From IMG/VR virus record IMGVR_UViG_3300027726_000013, positions 1-25,008 of that record: a DNA stretch of 25,008 bases; one strand, given 5' to 3'. How positions within the stretch are numbered: position 1 is the first letter of the stretch; each line of letters starts with the position of its first letter. Below are positions 17,057 to 24,964 of the stretch, one piece after another. A program made the translations under genes and the position numbers. The DNA comes from a virus. Lineage: Duplodnaviria > Caudoviricetes. Below the pieces are notes generated by a model. It was not told the DNA's origin. It worked only from the letters and a program-made list of their open reading frames with translations, and did not search any database.

Positions 17057-17114
17057 ATGTATCCATCCCCCTTATATGTTTTATAAGTAAACTATAAATA
17101 ACCCTTTAGATAGT

Positions 17115-17420
17115 TTACCATTGTATCAGTTTCATCTTTTTGTCTTCAATGATCCACGTACCGAACTCATGAAGTTCACCTTCGTTGTATCCGTCTCTGG
17201 TTTTGCCTGTCTGATGGAATCCTTCGACACGATAACCACTATGTTGTAGTCCTGGGAATGCTACGAATATGAAGTTTAGACGCCATTCTTTGTTTGTCTT
17301 AACATCTCTTAGTATCATCTCATGGTGTTTGTTTTCCAGATACTGTAGGTAGTCGTCCATCTCCTGTTTGTCGTAGAACTCAAGATGTATCTCATCATAT
17401 TGTGGTTTTGGTCTGTTCAT
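17115..17420 (-). CDS. Hypothetical protein
   Basis: 101 aa, RBS GGGGTGGA. Confidence 0.75.
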   Translation of the reverse strand: MNRPKPQYDEIHLEFYDKQEMDDYLQYLENKHHEMILRDVKTNKEWRLNFIFVAFPGLQHSGYRVEGFHQTGKTRDGYNEGELHEFGTWIIEDKKMKLIQW

Positions 17421-17423
17421 AAT

Positions 17424-17792
17424 TTATTCCACCCCAAATCTCTGGTCTATAATCTCTGTTACATCATATAGCCAATTATATTCCCTATCATGTGTTCTTT
17501 CATCTAGTTCCTCTAAATCTTTGATTATTTTTTGTCTGAGGGTTTCGATGTCAGATTCTAAATAGACCTTTGTACCATAATCAATATCAACAGTCGTCAT
17601 GCAATCTTTATAATAAGTTCCGTCATGTATATCCTTCTGGGTCAATACTCGTGGTTTTTCATCATATAGTCCTTTAGTGGTCATACCAACAACAGGAACG
17701 ATATTCCATTCAATATCTGGGTCGTGTCCAATATCTGTTGTCGCATTTGGTTCTAATAATTTGCCTTTTAAACTCCAATCGTCTGAGGTCAT
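17424..17792 (-). CDS. Hypothetical protein
   Basis: 122 aa, RBS GGAGGA, ATGA overlap. Confidence 0.75.
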   Translation of the reverse strand: MTSDDWSLKGKLLEPNATTDIGHDPDIEWNIVPVVGMTTKGLYDEKPRVLTQKDIHDGTYYKDCMTTVDIDYGTKVYLESDIETLRQKIIKDLEELDERTHDREYNWLYDVTEIIDQRFGVE

Positions 17793-18103
17793 TTCTCATC
17801 CTCCAAATTAAAGAAGTGTTTTAATAATTCAATTTTACCATATATCTTAAAAATAGCATTTTCATGTCGTAAATCTTTGATATCCCGTTTACACCAATCA
17901 TATAATTCTTCCTTTGAATTAGAACAACAATAATTAGTCATATCTTCTATTTGTTTTGCTAAATCTTTTTGAAAAAGATTTATCCATTCCCTCGCAGCAT
18001 CACGCAAATCGTCAACCACTTCCGATGCCTCATCAGATATATATGACATTTTTGATGTGTCATAAATATCTTTCAATGTCTTCAATTTATTTACCTTGCC
18101 CAT
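17789..18103 (-). CDS. Hypothetical protein
   Basis: 104 aa, tightly coupled to neighbours. Confidence 0.75.
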   Translation of the reverse strand: MGKVNKLKTLKDIYDTSKMSYISDEASEVVDDLRDAAREWINLFQKDLAKQIEDMTNYCCSNSKEELYDWCKRDIKDLRHENAIFKIYGKIELLKHFFNLEDEK

Positions 18104-18104
18104 A

Positions 18105-18506
18105 TCAGAACACCACCCAATATATAACTACCATAACAGTAACAACACCCACATATATGCCGTACCGCCCCAACGTATACCGCCTGTCGTTCCCCCAACG
18201 AGGCAGATACTTGTTCTCAAAAAAAGAGTACACTATGTTCACTACCCCCACAATCACAACCATATACACCAAACTTAACAAAGTGTAGGGGTAAATCAAC
18301 AACGCAAACAACAAGAATGTAAGCCCTGATCCCAGACCACCTGCGAGCAGGTTAGCGGGGCTGGCGCTCATACTCAACCCATGTATGTTTATCTGCCCAT
18401 ATAGTGTGCCTGAGCCCATTATATGCCATAGCTCATGCCACAGGAAACCTGTTATCCATAGGAACAGAAATATTAGCGGATAAGTTATGTATTCAAGCGT
18501 ATACAT
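18105..18506 (-). CDS. Small polytopic membrane protein with HExxH, M50 (site-2 protease)-like
   Basis: About 4 hydrophobic segments; HELWH at end of TM1 followed by LLAGG; RBS AAGGTGA. Confidence 0.55.
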   Translation of the reverse strand: MYTLEYITYPLIFLFLWITGFLWHELWHIMGSGTLYGQINIHGLSMSASPANLLAGGLGSGLTFLLFALLIYPYTLLSLVYMVVIVGVVNIVYSFFENKYLPRWGNDRRYTLGRYGIYVGVVTVMVVIYWVVF

Positions 18507-18694
18507 TATTTAATCACCTTCTTTTTTGTTTTCTTTTTAGGTCTAAGAAAATCATAACTATTCGGATTAGCACCACAACAAGGACACGCAACCGTAGGCA
18601 TACCATCCCTAGCATCCATCTCGCCCATCGGCACATGCTCACCAACAGCCCACAACCCAAAACCATTGCACGTCTTACATTTCTTCTTAATCAT
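18506..18694 (-). CDS. Zinc-finger microprotein (62 aa)
   Basis: CKTCNGFG...CPCCG; start at MIKKK after RBS AGGAGG. Confidence 0.75.
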   Translation of the reverse strand: MIKKKCKTCNGFGLWAVGEHVPMGEMDARDGMPTVACPCCGANPNSYDFLRPKKKTKKKVIK

Positions 18695-18696
18695 CC

Positions 18697-18960
18697 TTAT
18701 TTTTCCTCCTTTTTGAAACTTGGCGCATAATCCAACAAAAACCAATTAAGCTGCCTACGATAAAAAATATTTAATTTAACAACATACTTATCCTTTATCC
18801 TATCATAGTCTTGTTCACTGAGACTATGCTTATTAACAAAAGCCATCCCTGTACCACCATACCTCTCTTTGATATCCTCCCAGGTAGTCGGCGGCGTACT
18901 GTTTTTGTACATCTCATTCACACAAGATTCAAAAATCTTCAATGCTTCCGTGTCGTTCAT
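18697..18960 (-). CDS. Hypothetical protein (87 aa)
   Basis: Likely start MNDTEALK (RBS GGAGGGAG, ATGA overlap). Confidence 0.75.
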   Translation of the reverse strand: MNDTEALKIFESCVNEMYKNSTPPTTWEDIKERYGGTGMAFVNKHSLSEQDYDRIKDKYVVKLNIFYRRQLNWFLLDYAPSFKKEEK

Positions 18961-19061
18961 CGTTTCATCTCCCTCCGAGCAACAACCCAAATCCAAAACC
19001 ACATCAGACAACACCCCAGAATAAAACCAGATATGACCAACAAATCACTACAAACTGACAT
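18957..19061 (-). CDS. Single-pass membrane peptide (34 aa)
   Basis: MSVCSDLLVISGFILGCCLMWFWIWVVARREMKR*; RBS GGGGAG inside the endonuclease 3' end. Confidence 0.6.
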   Translation of the reverse strand: MSVCSDLLVISGFILGCCLMWFWIWVVARREMKR

Positions 19062-19491
19062 AATCAACTCCCCTGTGATTTAAAATTTTCATTTCTCGTT
19101 CTATTTCTTGTTTGCGTTTTTTATCAATTTCAGATGTCCAACGACCAGATGTTTTATTGCATATCTCTAAAAATTCCATAGTTAATTCTGCTTGTCTTTT
19201 TTTATTTTTAAGATGAGGTAATATTTTAGGTAAAACATATCTCATTCCATTATGATGTGTTCGCCAAAGCCATTGCTTTTTTTTACGGGTTTTATGAAAT
19301 ATATTGCCATTAAATTTTACTTCAGTAATTTTTCCATAGCCCGTACATTCGAGAATCCAATCTAATATTCCTTTATTTATACTACTTACTCCTAAAGAAA
19401 TATTATGATGCCCGTCTTTGCTTTTAGTTAAACTAATACAGCCATCCGCATCAATATAACCCGCTAAATAACTCCATTCTAATTCATTCAT
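19048..19491 (-). CDS. Single-motif LAGLIDADG homing endonuclease (free-standing)
   Basis: YLAGYIDADGCISL, GYGKI, ILPHLKNKKRQAEL; RBS GAGGT before MNELEW (alternative start 19503); visibly more AT-rich than flanks. Confidence 0.9.
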   Translation of the reverse strand: MNELEWSYLAGYIDADGCISLTKSKDGHHNISLGVSSINKGILDWILECTGYGKITEVKFNGNIFHKTRKKKQWLWRTHHNGMRYVLPKILPHLKNKKRQAELTMEFLEICNKTSGRWTSEIDKKRKQEIEREMKILNHRGVDYVSL

Positions 19492-19499
19492 AAAATACC

Positions 19500-20306
19500 T
19501 CATAATGAAACATGAACATCACCACGATTCGGGATTATCACAAGTTTAATCACACCAATATCAGTCGGCGGGAGCATCCATTTCTCAACATACGAACTAG
19601 TATCCTCCGTGTAACCCCGCATAAAACTACCTGTGACACCCAACACCTTCTTCTTCTGTTTGATATGCACCTTGTTATCACCATATAACTGCGTCTTAAT
19701 CTCAGATGCCTTGATGTGCGCATGTGCTATAAGATAAATATCGGCGTTAACATACCCTATCAGATCCTCTAACCAATTTATTTTATTGCCACCTTTACGT
19801 CCACCTACACGACCATGCATACTAAATATGTCAAAGGCGTTCTTCTCGTTGCTCCCCTCACGGGCAAACGTAAGACGTATCAACGCAGAGTCTTCTAAGA
19901 GTTTCACACCCAACTCCTTCTCAAACTCATGCATCACATCAAAATGGTAGTTCAGCCGGATTTTTTCTTCATGATTACCCCTGTGCATCCCCAGACACTT
20001 GTCTCTGATTGGTCTTAGAATATTTATCGCATCATATACCTGCATCGGCACACAATTACTCAAATCCTGCAGATACTTAGTTTCAATCGTAGCCGGGTCA
20101 AACCGTTTATCCGTATAATTTATGCAGTCCACATAATCACCCATCCCTATCCAATAACAATTCGGCTTATCCTTTATCCATTGCACCATATCCTTTAACT
20201 TCTGCCGTTCACACCCCTTGTTGCCGATATGTGAATCGCCTAAGGGTACTATGCTGAACTCATCCAACCTGCTTTTATACGGTATCTTCACCCATTCTGT
20301 CTTCAT
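19500..20306 (-). CDS. Calcineurin-like metallophosphoesterase
   Basis: GDSH, GDYVD, GNHE, HG and AHAH metal-binding motifs. Confidence 0.9.
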   Translation of the reverse strand: MKTEWVKIPYKSRLDEFSIVPLGDSHIGNKGCERQKLKDMVQWIKDKPNCYWIGMGDYVDCINYTDKRFDPATIETKYLQDLSNCVPMQVYDAINILRPIRDKCLGMHRGNHEEKIRLNYHFDVMHEFEKELGVKLLEDSALIRLTFAREGSNEKNAFDIFSMHGRVGGRKGGNKINWLEDLIGYVNADIYLIAHAHIKASEIKTQLYGDNKVHIKQKKKVLGVTGSFMRGYTEDTSSYVEKWMLPPTDIGVIKLVIIPNRGDVHVSL

Positions 20307-20325
20307 TTATCTACTCCCATCCTTT

Positions 20326-20529
20326 TCACCGGTCCATCATAACAATCCGGTCAATCAAATCAGACGTACTCTTATCCACCATTATTTTCTGTTTATGTTC
20401 ACCCCTGCTGTCAGACCAACGCCGGACATAATCCCTGAAAACCACCAGCTCACACGCAACCTCATGAGGGACACCATAAAAAAACACGTCATAGTTATCC
20501 CCGTTGGTCGCCTTCATCTTCATCTTCAT
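20326..20529 (-). CDS. Hypothetical protein
   Basis: 67 aa, RBS GGTGA. Confidence 0.65.
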   Translation of the reverse strand: MKMKMKATNGDNYDVFFYGVPHEVACELVVFRDYVRRWSDSRGEHKQKIMVDKSTSDLIDRIVMMDR

Positions 20530-20663
20530 TTTTTGTTCTCACCATCCCCATCTATTATTCTTTCAACATGCACCATGCGGATACATCGTTTACACCAATA
20601 ACACCTGTACCCGCCTGTCGAACGGAAAACATCACATTCACTATTGCACTTCGGACAGTTCAC
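20526..20663 (-). CDS. Zinc-ribbon microprotein (45 aa)
   Basis: GTG start after GGAGG; MNCPKCNSEC...CYWCKRC; overlaps both neighbours by 4 nt. Confidence 0.7.
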   Translation of the reverse strand: MNCPKCNSECDVFRSTGGYRCYWCKRCIRMVHVERIIDGDGENKK

Positions 20664-20785
20664 TCGAAATTCCTCCACAGACTGTATATCTGCCGTATCT
20701 CCTCCATAAAAATATAATACAATTGTTCGCTCTCGATATTCTTCAAATCGATTTCAGTTTTGGATTCATTGGTTTGTATCTGCAT
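20660..20785 (-). CDS. Small hypothetical protein (41 aa)
   Basis: MQIQTNESKTEIDLKNIESEQLYYIFMEEIRQIYSLWRNFE*; RBS GGTGA. Confidence 0.6.
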   Translation of the reverse strand: MQIQTNESKTEIDLKNIESEQLYYIFMEEIRQIYSLWRNFE

Positions 20786-20791
20786 ATCATC

Positions 20792-21073
20792 TCACCAATA
20801 TCGTTCATGTCTGAATATTTTGGAGTGCAACCAATCCTTGAATAATTCCCACGTGGTTGGTTTATATTGTTCAAAATTCGCAGTGACTTGTATGGGTCCT
20901 CCTTTAGTTGCTGACCAACACATGGATGTCGGGCGCATATGTTTGAGAAACCATTCCTCGCCTTGTTTTATTTCAAATTCCCACTCTATTTTTATTGTAT
21001 CTTTATCTGTTGTTGGAATTTGAAAAGTTACTGGCGTACGTTCATTAAATATATCTAATATTTTTTCTTTCAT
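20792..21073 (-). CDS. Hypothetical protein
   Basis: 93 aa, RBS GGTGGTGA. Confidence 0.75.
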   Translation of the reverse strand: MKEKILDIFNERTPVTFQIPTTDKDTIKIEWEFEIKQGEEWFLKHMRPTSMCWSATKGGPIQVTANFEQYKPTTWELFKDWLHSKIFRHERYW

Positions 21074-21101
21074 TTATCATCACCACCCTCGATAATCATA
21101 T

Positions 21102-21569
21102 TTATTTCTCCTTTTTTTGTTTACAATAATCAATAAAACTTGTTACACTCATATTCTGGATACTATTATTCTCCAGTTGACTTTTAATCCAGAACCGGTC
21201 TTGCTGTGTCGGGTTGTTGATGTCTCGTCCCTGTTGTTTAAAAGTGTCTAAAAGTGTGTTACAAATATCGTTGTTTTGAGTTACTTGTGACATAAGTTGT
21301 GTTACTTTTATACGCTTATTTGTAACACAATTCTCCAACTCCTGTATCTCCTCCTGTAACTTTCTGATCTGATTCTCACGCTGATGATAATAAAAATCCA
21401 ACAAGATTTTGCTGAAACTCAACCCGTTTTCCTTGAAGTAATCCCGCACATAACGGGGTACACGTATAGAAAAAACAACTGTATCATTGTTATTGTATTG
21501 TATTGTATTGTTATAATGTAACGTGTTACGTAACGTGTTACAATTAGTAGTAGTACACTCTTTTTTCAT
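21102..21569 (-). CDS. Ribbon-helix-helix-like DNA-binding protein with coiled coil
   Basis: VVFSIRVPRYVRDYFKENGLSFSKIL fits an RHH strand-helix-helix; coiled coil IRKLQEEIQELE; RBS GGAGGT, ATGA overlap. Confidence 0.6.
   Translation of the reverse strand: MKKECTTTNCNTLRNTLHYNNTIQYNNNDTVVFSIRVPRYVRDYFKENGLSFSKILLDFYYHQRENQIRKLQEEIQELENCVTNKRIKVTQLMSQVTQNNDICNTLLDTFKQQGRDINNPTQQDRFWIKSQLENNSIQNMSVTSFIDYCKQKKEK
21486..21542. repeat. (TATTG)4 pentamer run plus tandem near-palindrome (GTAACGTGTTAC)2; candidate origin/operator
   Basis: TATTG x4 at 21491-21510; GTAACGTGTTAC at 21518-21529 and 21530-21541. Confidence 0.75.
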
Positions 21570-22837
21570 CCAAAGACCTCCAGTCGTTGCGGTACGTTCG
21601 TAAGGCGTTTGTTCGCTATCTTACAATACTCAGGGTTCAACTCAAAACCAATATAATGACGATTCATCCTCTTGCAAGATAACGCTGTCGTCCCGCTTCC
21701 GATGAACGGGTCAAGAACAACCTGATTTTCTTTTGTAACGAGTTTTATGAGGTATTCCATGAGGTAAGAGGGTTTGACAGTGGGATGGAAATTGTTTCTT
21801 TTGTTTTCTGCACCACGATTACGAGGGTTGGTTCCCCCAGGGGAACCAACTATACGACTTTCATCCATGTATCTTCCATCGTTTGTGTCGCATCCCATGT
21901 CACGTTCACTCTTTGAGCTTTTCGCACAATAAAAAAACCGTGAGGCAGAATGATTATTTCCATCTTCTTCTGTATAGATTTTTCCAGGTTGACCAATATG
22001 AAACATTCCGTCTCTATGTGTTGTTTTTTTAATACTTCCACAAGGTTGTCCTGTTTCTGGGAATAACTCTACAACCTCTGGGCTTCCATCGTGTATGAGG
22101 TTCGCAGGAAAACGACCAAGAGGTTGTTGATATTTCCCCTCTTGCCTTTTAAGTCCAAGTTCCAAAACTTTTCCGTCTGTGTTGTAATCCCCTTTTGAAT
22201 ATGCACCACCATTCAGATTCTCTTTTGTTGTTATTCTGCATCCATCGATATTCAACCCACCAACACCCCACCGCAAAACATTCTCCGCTACCGTCCCTTC
22301 AGACAACGGCTTACGAGCCAACACAACTGGCTCATGCGCGGGCTTAAGAGCAGTACCCCAACCCTCCCAATCGGAAGTGCCTTTGGTTAAATCCATCACT
22401 GTTTTATTTTTGTGTTCATTCCACCCAGAGTTTTGTCCCATAGCCGTTGAGCCTGCCCTAAGTTCTCCAATAACCTCTCTCTCATTCCCTTGTAACTTAT
22501 CAATCGCTTTTCCTATGTTGAGGCTTTTCGGAAACCCTGACCCGTATATCCAGTTAATCATATCCCGTATCTCGAACCCCGCGTCCTCGATAGCACACGC
22601 CATTCTATGATATGTCCTAGAGCCACCAAAACTAAGCAAGTGACCGCCTGGTTTCAGGACACGCAAAACCCCAACCCACAATCCGACATTATAGGAGATT
22701 CCTGTCGCATCCCATTTCTTACCCATGAACCCAAGCTCATACGGAGGGTCAGTGACAACAGCATCAACACTGTTTTCTTCAATCTGTTTTATCCCCTCCA
22801 GGCAATCCATACAATAGATTTTATCGAGTTCAAGCAC
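21566..22837 (-). CDS. DNA amino-methyltransferase (N6-A/N4-C), beta class
   Basis: DPPY precedes HPTVKP and DPFIGSGTT; likely GTG start at 22837 (RBS GGAGGGG, overlaps upstream TAG), not 22951. Confidence 0.93.
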   Translation of the reverse strand: MLELDKIYCMDCLEGIKQIEENSVDAVVTDPPYELGFMGKKWDATGISYNVGLWVGVLRVLKPGGHLLSFGGSRTYHRMACAIEDAGFEIRDMINWIYGSGFPKSLNIGKAIDKLQGNEREVIGELRAGSTAMGQNSGWNEHKNKTVMDLTKGTSDWEGWGTALKPAHEPVVLARKPLSEGTVAENVLRWGVGGLNIDGCRITTKENLNGGAYSKGDYNTDGKVLELGLKRQEGKYQQPLGRFPANLIHDGSPEVVELFPETGQPCGSIKKTTHRDGMFHIGQPGKIYTEEDGNNHSASRFFYCAKSSKSERDMGCDTNDGRYMDESRIVGSPGGTNPRNRGAENKRNNFHPTVKPSYLMEYLIKLVTKENQVVLDPFIGSGTTALSCKRMNRHYIGFELNPEYCKIANKRLTNVPQRLEVFG

Positions 22838-23025
22838 TACAACCCCTCCACCGAACGCTTGCCCGTATGTGTCTGCCTGTACCCTGTGGTTTTTCTGTGG
22901 CTGAACCTGTTGAAGCCTGTGTTTTCTATTATGTATCCGCAGTGTGGGCACATGTAGAAGTGGTGTGTATCCGGCTCTGTCGGCACAAAACTTGTTTTAC
23001 ATCTTGGGCAGTATATCTCGCTCAT
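22837..23025 (-). CDS. Zinc-ribbon microprotein
   Basis: CPRC...CPHCG; RBS GAGGA. Confidence 0.75.
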   Translation of the reverse strand: MSEIYCPRCKTSFVPTEPDTHHFYMCPHCGYIIENTGFNRFSHRKTTGYRQTHTGKRSVEGL

Positions 23026-23131
23026 GTTGCATCCTCATCCAATGGTCTATTCCATCCCAGTCTTTGTCCTCCAAACTTATTCCACACATGGGGAATAGTT
23101 GTTCTGCGTTACGTACTCCTATTTTTTCCAT
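22997..23131 (-). CDS. Small hypothetical protein (44 aa)
   Basis: MEKIGVRNAEQLFPMCGISLEDKDWDGIDHWMRMQHERDILPKM*; RBS GGAGG. Confidence 0.6.
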   Translation of the reverse strand: MEKIGVRNAEQLFPMCGISLEDKDWDGIDHWMRMQHERDILPKM

Positions 23132-23255
23132 AGTTTCCTCCACAAAAATTTTTGTATTGTGTTTTGTTTTCTTTTATGAACTCGTCTGCGATTTCTAAAA
23201 AATCCTTTTTTTCAAGGTCAACTCGGATATGATCCTCAAAAAAATTAAGTTTCAC
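23109..23255 (-). CDS. Small hypothetical protein (48 aa)
   Basis: GTG start, RBS GGAGTGTGA; MKLNFFEDHIRVDLEKKDFLEIADEFIKENK... Confidence 0.5.
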   Translation of the reverse strand: MKLNFFEDHIRVDLEKKDFLEIADEFIKENKTQYKNFCGGNYGKNRST

Positions 23256-23272
23256 AAGGGTCACACTCCCGT

Positions 23273-23430
23273 TGTGTATACATGAGTTTGCTCATGTACA
23301 TGACTAAAATTATATAATAAAGGCGAGATAAATTGTTAACAGATATATATTTGACATGTGTCATGTACACATAGATGAGATGTCTTATATATTTTTTCCT
23401 TTTGTTTTGTTTAAATGTTAAATGTTTTTC
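23273..23430. promoter_or_regulatory. AT-rich promoter region with clustered TCATGTACA operator-like sites
   Basis: TATA-like TTATATAA (23310-23317) and TATATATT; palindrome TCATGTACATGA 23292-23303; repeat at 23361-23369. Confidence 0.55.
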
Positions 23431-23532
23431 CGTTTTTATGCAAACTGTATATAAATAACTCGCATTTTGGTGGAATGTTTCCGTTGTTGTTTTCTCTTGC
23501 TGTAACTTAGTCATGATTTTTTCCTTTATGTT

Positions 23533-23658
23533 TTACCTTAACTGTACTATAAGAGAATGTAATGTTGTTCCTTCTTCCTTCTCGCAGTTTGCATGTTCAA
23601 GAATATCTATAAGCAAATCATATTCATTTTTCGTTAATGTAACTTCAATATGTTTCAT
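23533..23658 (-). CDS. Small hypothetical protein (41 aa)
   Basis: MKHIEVTLTKNEYDLLIDILEHANCEKEEGTTLHSLIVQLR*; RBS GGTGA. Confidence 0.6.
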   Translation of the reverse strand: MKHIEVTLTKNEYDLLIDILEHANCEKEEGTTLHSLIVQLR

Positions 23659-23671
23659 TTTACTTTCACCA

Positions 23672-23812
23672 TTACCTTACAACCTTCTTATTATAACGCC
23701 TAGTCCAACGATAACGATCACCACTAAAACAACTACGACAATACGTACCAGTACACGGACTACCACACAACAAACAACGATCCGTCTTAAAATCAGCTCC
23801 TTTCTTAGTCAT
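23672..23812 (-). CDS. Zinc-finger microprotein (46 aa)
   Basis: CLLCG...YCRSC; start MTKKGA after GGAGGGAATGA. Confidence 0.7.
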   Translation of the reverse strand: MTKKGADFKTDRCLLCGSPCTGTYCRSCFSGDRYRWTRRYNKKVVR

Positions 23813-23816
23813 ATAA

Positions 23817-24071
23817 TCATTCCCTCCAACGATAATAAAAAGCCCGGTTGTTCCTATGCGCAATAAACAAGTCACCCAACCCCACACCAATGCGGCAGAA
23901 ATCCCTGATATTATACGAAGACCAACGGTCTGTGTTGAACTTGTTCCGCTGCAGATGGTCGTTGTTGTTTGTCTTAAGATGGAAATAACGAGTCCGAAAA
24001 CCATCTATATCATTTTTTGTGCAGTAGTCTTTGAACTCGTTATACCGCCTCATCATCTCCTCTGACATCAT
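23817..24071 (-). CDS. Hypothetical protein
   Basis: Likely start MMSEEM after GGAGGGTGA. Confidence 0.65.
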   Translation of the reverse strand: MMSEEMMRRYNEFKDYCTKNDIDGFRTRYFHLKTNNNDHLQRNKFNTDRWSSYNIRDFCRIGVGLGDLFIAHRNNRAFYYRWRE

Positions 24072-24113
24072 GTTTATCGTCCCCTTCACCCTCCACAGTG
24101 TGAGACCAACCAA

Positions 24114-24278
24114 CTATTTTTTATTTGAAATTAATCCAGCTATCCCCCAACTTATCAACATAAAACCAATGGATATACACATTCCCCCTAGACTATCGGC
24201 ATAAAAATTTATTATTATCATCGGTATATTCATACAACCTGCAAAAAAAGCTATTAATGCATACATTTTTTTATTCAT
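24114..24278 (-). CDS. Small two-TM membrane protein (54 aa)
   Basis: MNKKMYALIAFFAGCMNIPMIIINFYADSLGGMCISIGFMLISWGIAGLISNKK*; RBS AAGGAG. Confidence 0.65.
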   Translation of the reverse strand: MNKKMYALIAFFAGCMNIPMIIINFYADSLGGMCISIGFMLISWGIAGLISNKK

Positions 24279-24297
24279 GTTTTTTCTTCTCCTTTTC

Positions 24298-24711
24298 TTA
24301 TTGTTTTTTCATACCATATGATTCTATGAAACTGGATGCCTCCTCAAATGTCAAATCATCTAATGTTTGCCGTGTGACAGTGAGTTTATCAGCTAATTCT
24401 TCATTACCGTTATTGCCCCAAATGATTGCAAACACCGCTTTCTTTTGCCGGTCTGTCGCCGAGCCCGTTTCTTTGGACTTCGTGCCTTGGCGGGGCATTC
24501 CCGGCGTTCCTGACGCGTCCATGTTCTTGTATATGTCGTCCATTATCATGTTCTTTATGCCGTAGGCGTCTTCCATCGCCTCTGCTTTGTCTTTGTAGAA
24601 ACCAGCGTTTGTGAATGCTGCGACTAGTTCACAGCTGTTTTTCCAGCTGCTTTGTCGTGCTATTCTCACGTCTTTTTTTTCCCAAAATTCATTATCAAGT
24701 TCTCGTTGCAT
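24298..24711 (-). CDS. Hypothetical phage protein, possibly recombination/ssDNA-related
   Basis: IARQSSWKNS helix and C-terminal ATDRQKKAV...LTFEEASSFIE module of the type often appended to phage annealing proteins; RBS AGGTGGTGA. Confidence 0.7.
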   Translation of the reverse strand: MQRELDNEFWEKKDVRIARQSSWKNSCELVAAFTNAGFYKDKAEAMEDAYGIKNMIMDDIYKNMDASGTPGMPRQGTKSKETGSATDRQKKAVFAIIWGNNGNEELADKLTVTRQTLDDLTFEEASSFIESYGMKKQ

Positions 24712-24964
24712 AAATTATTTTTCACCACCTATTTTTACAAAACAGACACGAAGACCCTGTCTCCGCGCCCATTTAACAAAACGGTTACAGTTAACATAAT
24801 GAGAAAAAGGCAGGGGTTTGGGAGGTATATGACCAAAAATACGATGGATGCCCTTTTTTTTCCCCTGCCCGATGGGATTACAAAATAAGCGTGAAAAAAA
24901 ATTTGTGGAGGTGCGGAAAAAAAACACTGGATGTGAATCAAAATGTTTTGTTGAAGCCCGCACC

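Noticed and set aside
19040-19545. BHB or group I intron around the LAGLIDADG gene
   Set aside because: Only a 4-bp UCCC/GGGA pairing with poor flanking helices; no non-coding space for a ribozyme core; flanking genes are intact
19543-19554. 12-mer GTGATTAAACTT shared with the BHB-flanked segment (16554-16565)
   Set aside because: Dozens of 12-mer matches are expected by chance in 25 kb
21486-21542. CRISPR-like mini array
   Set aside because: Repeats are contiguous with no spacers; no CRISPR array or tRNA was seen anywhere in the window
23245-23514. 89-aa minus-strand ORF
   Set aside because: Spans AT-rich TATA/operator DNA and has no RBS; more likely non-coding
564-24888. All plus-strand ORFs in the track
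   Set aside because: They are antisense shadows of well-supported minus-strand genes, with no RBS or motifs and biased composition
24821-24888. Plus-strand GGAGGT followed by a 19-codon ORF
   Set aside because: RBS-ATG spacing of 2 nt is too short and the peptide is uninformative
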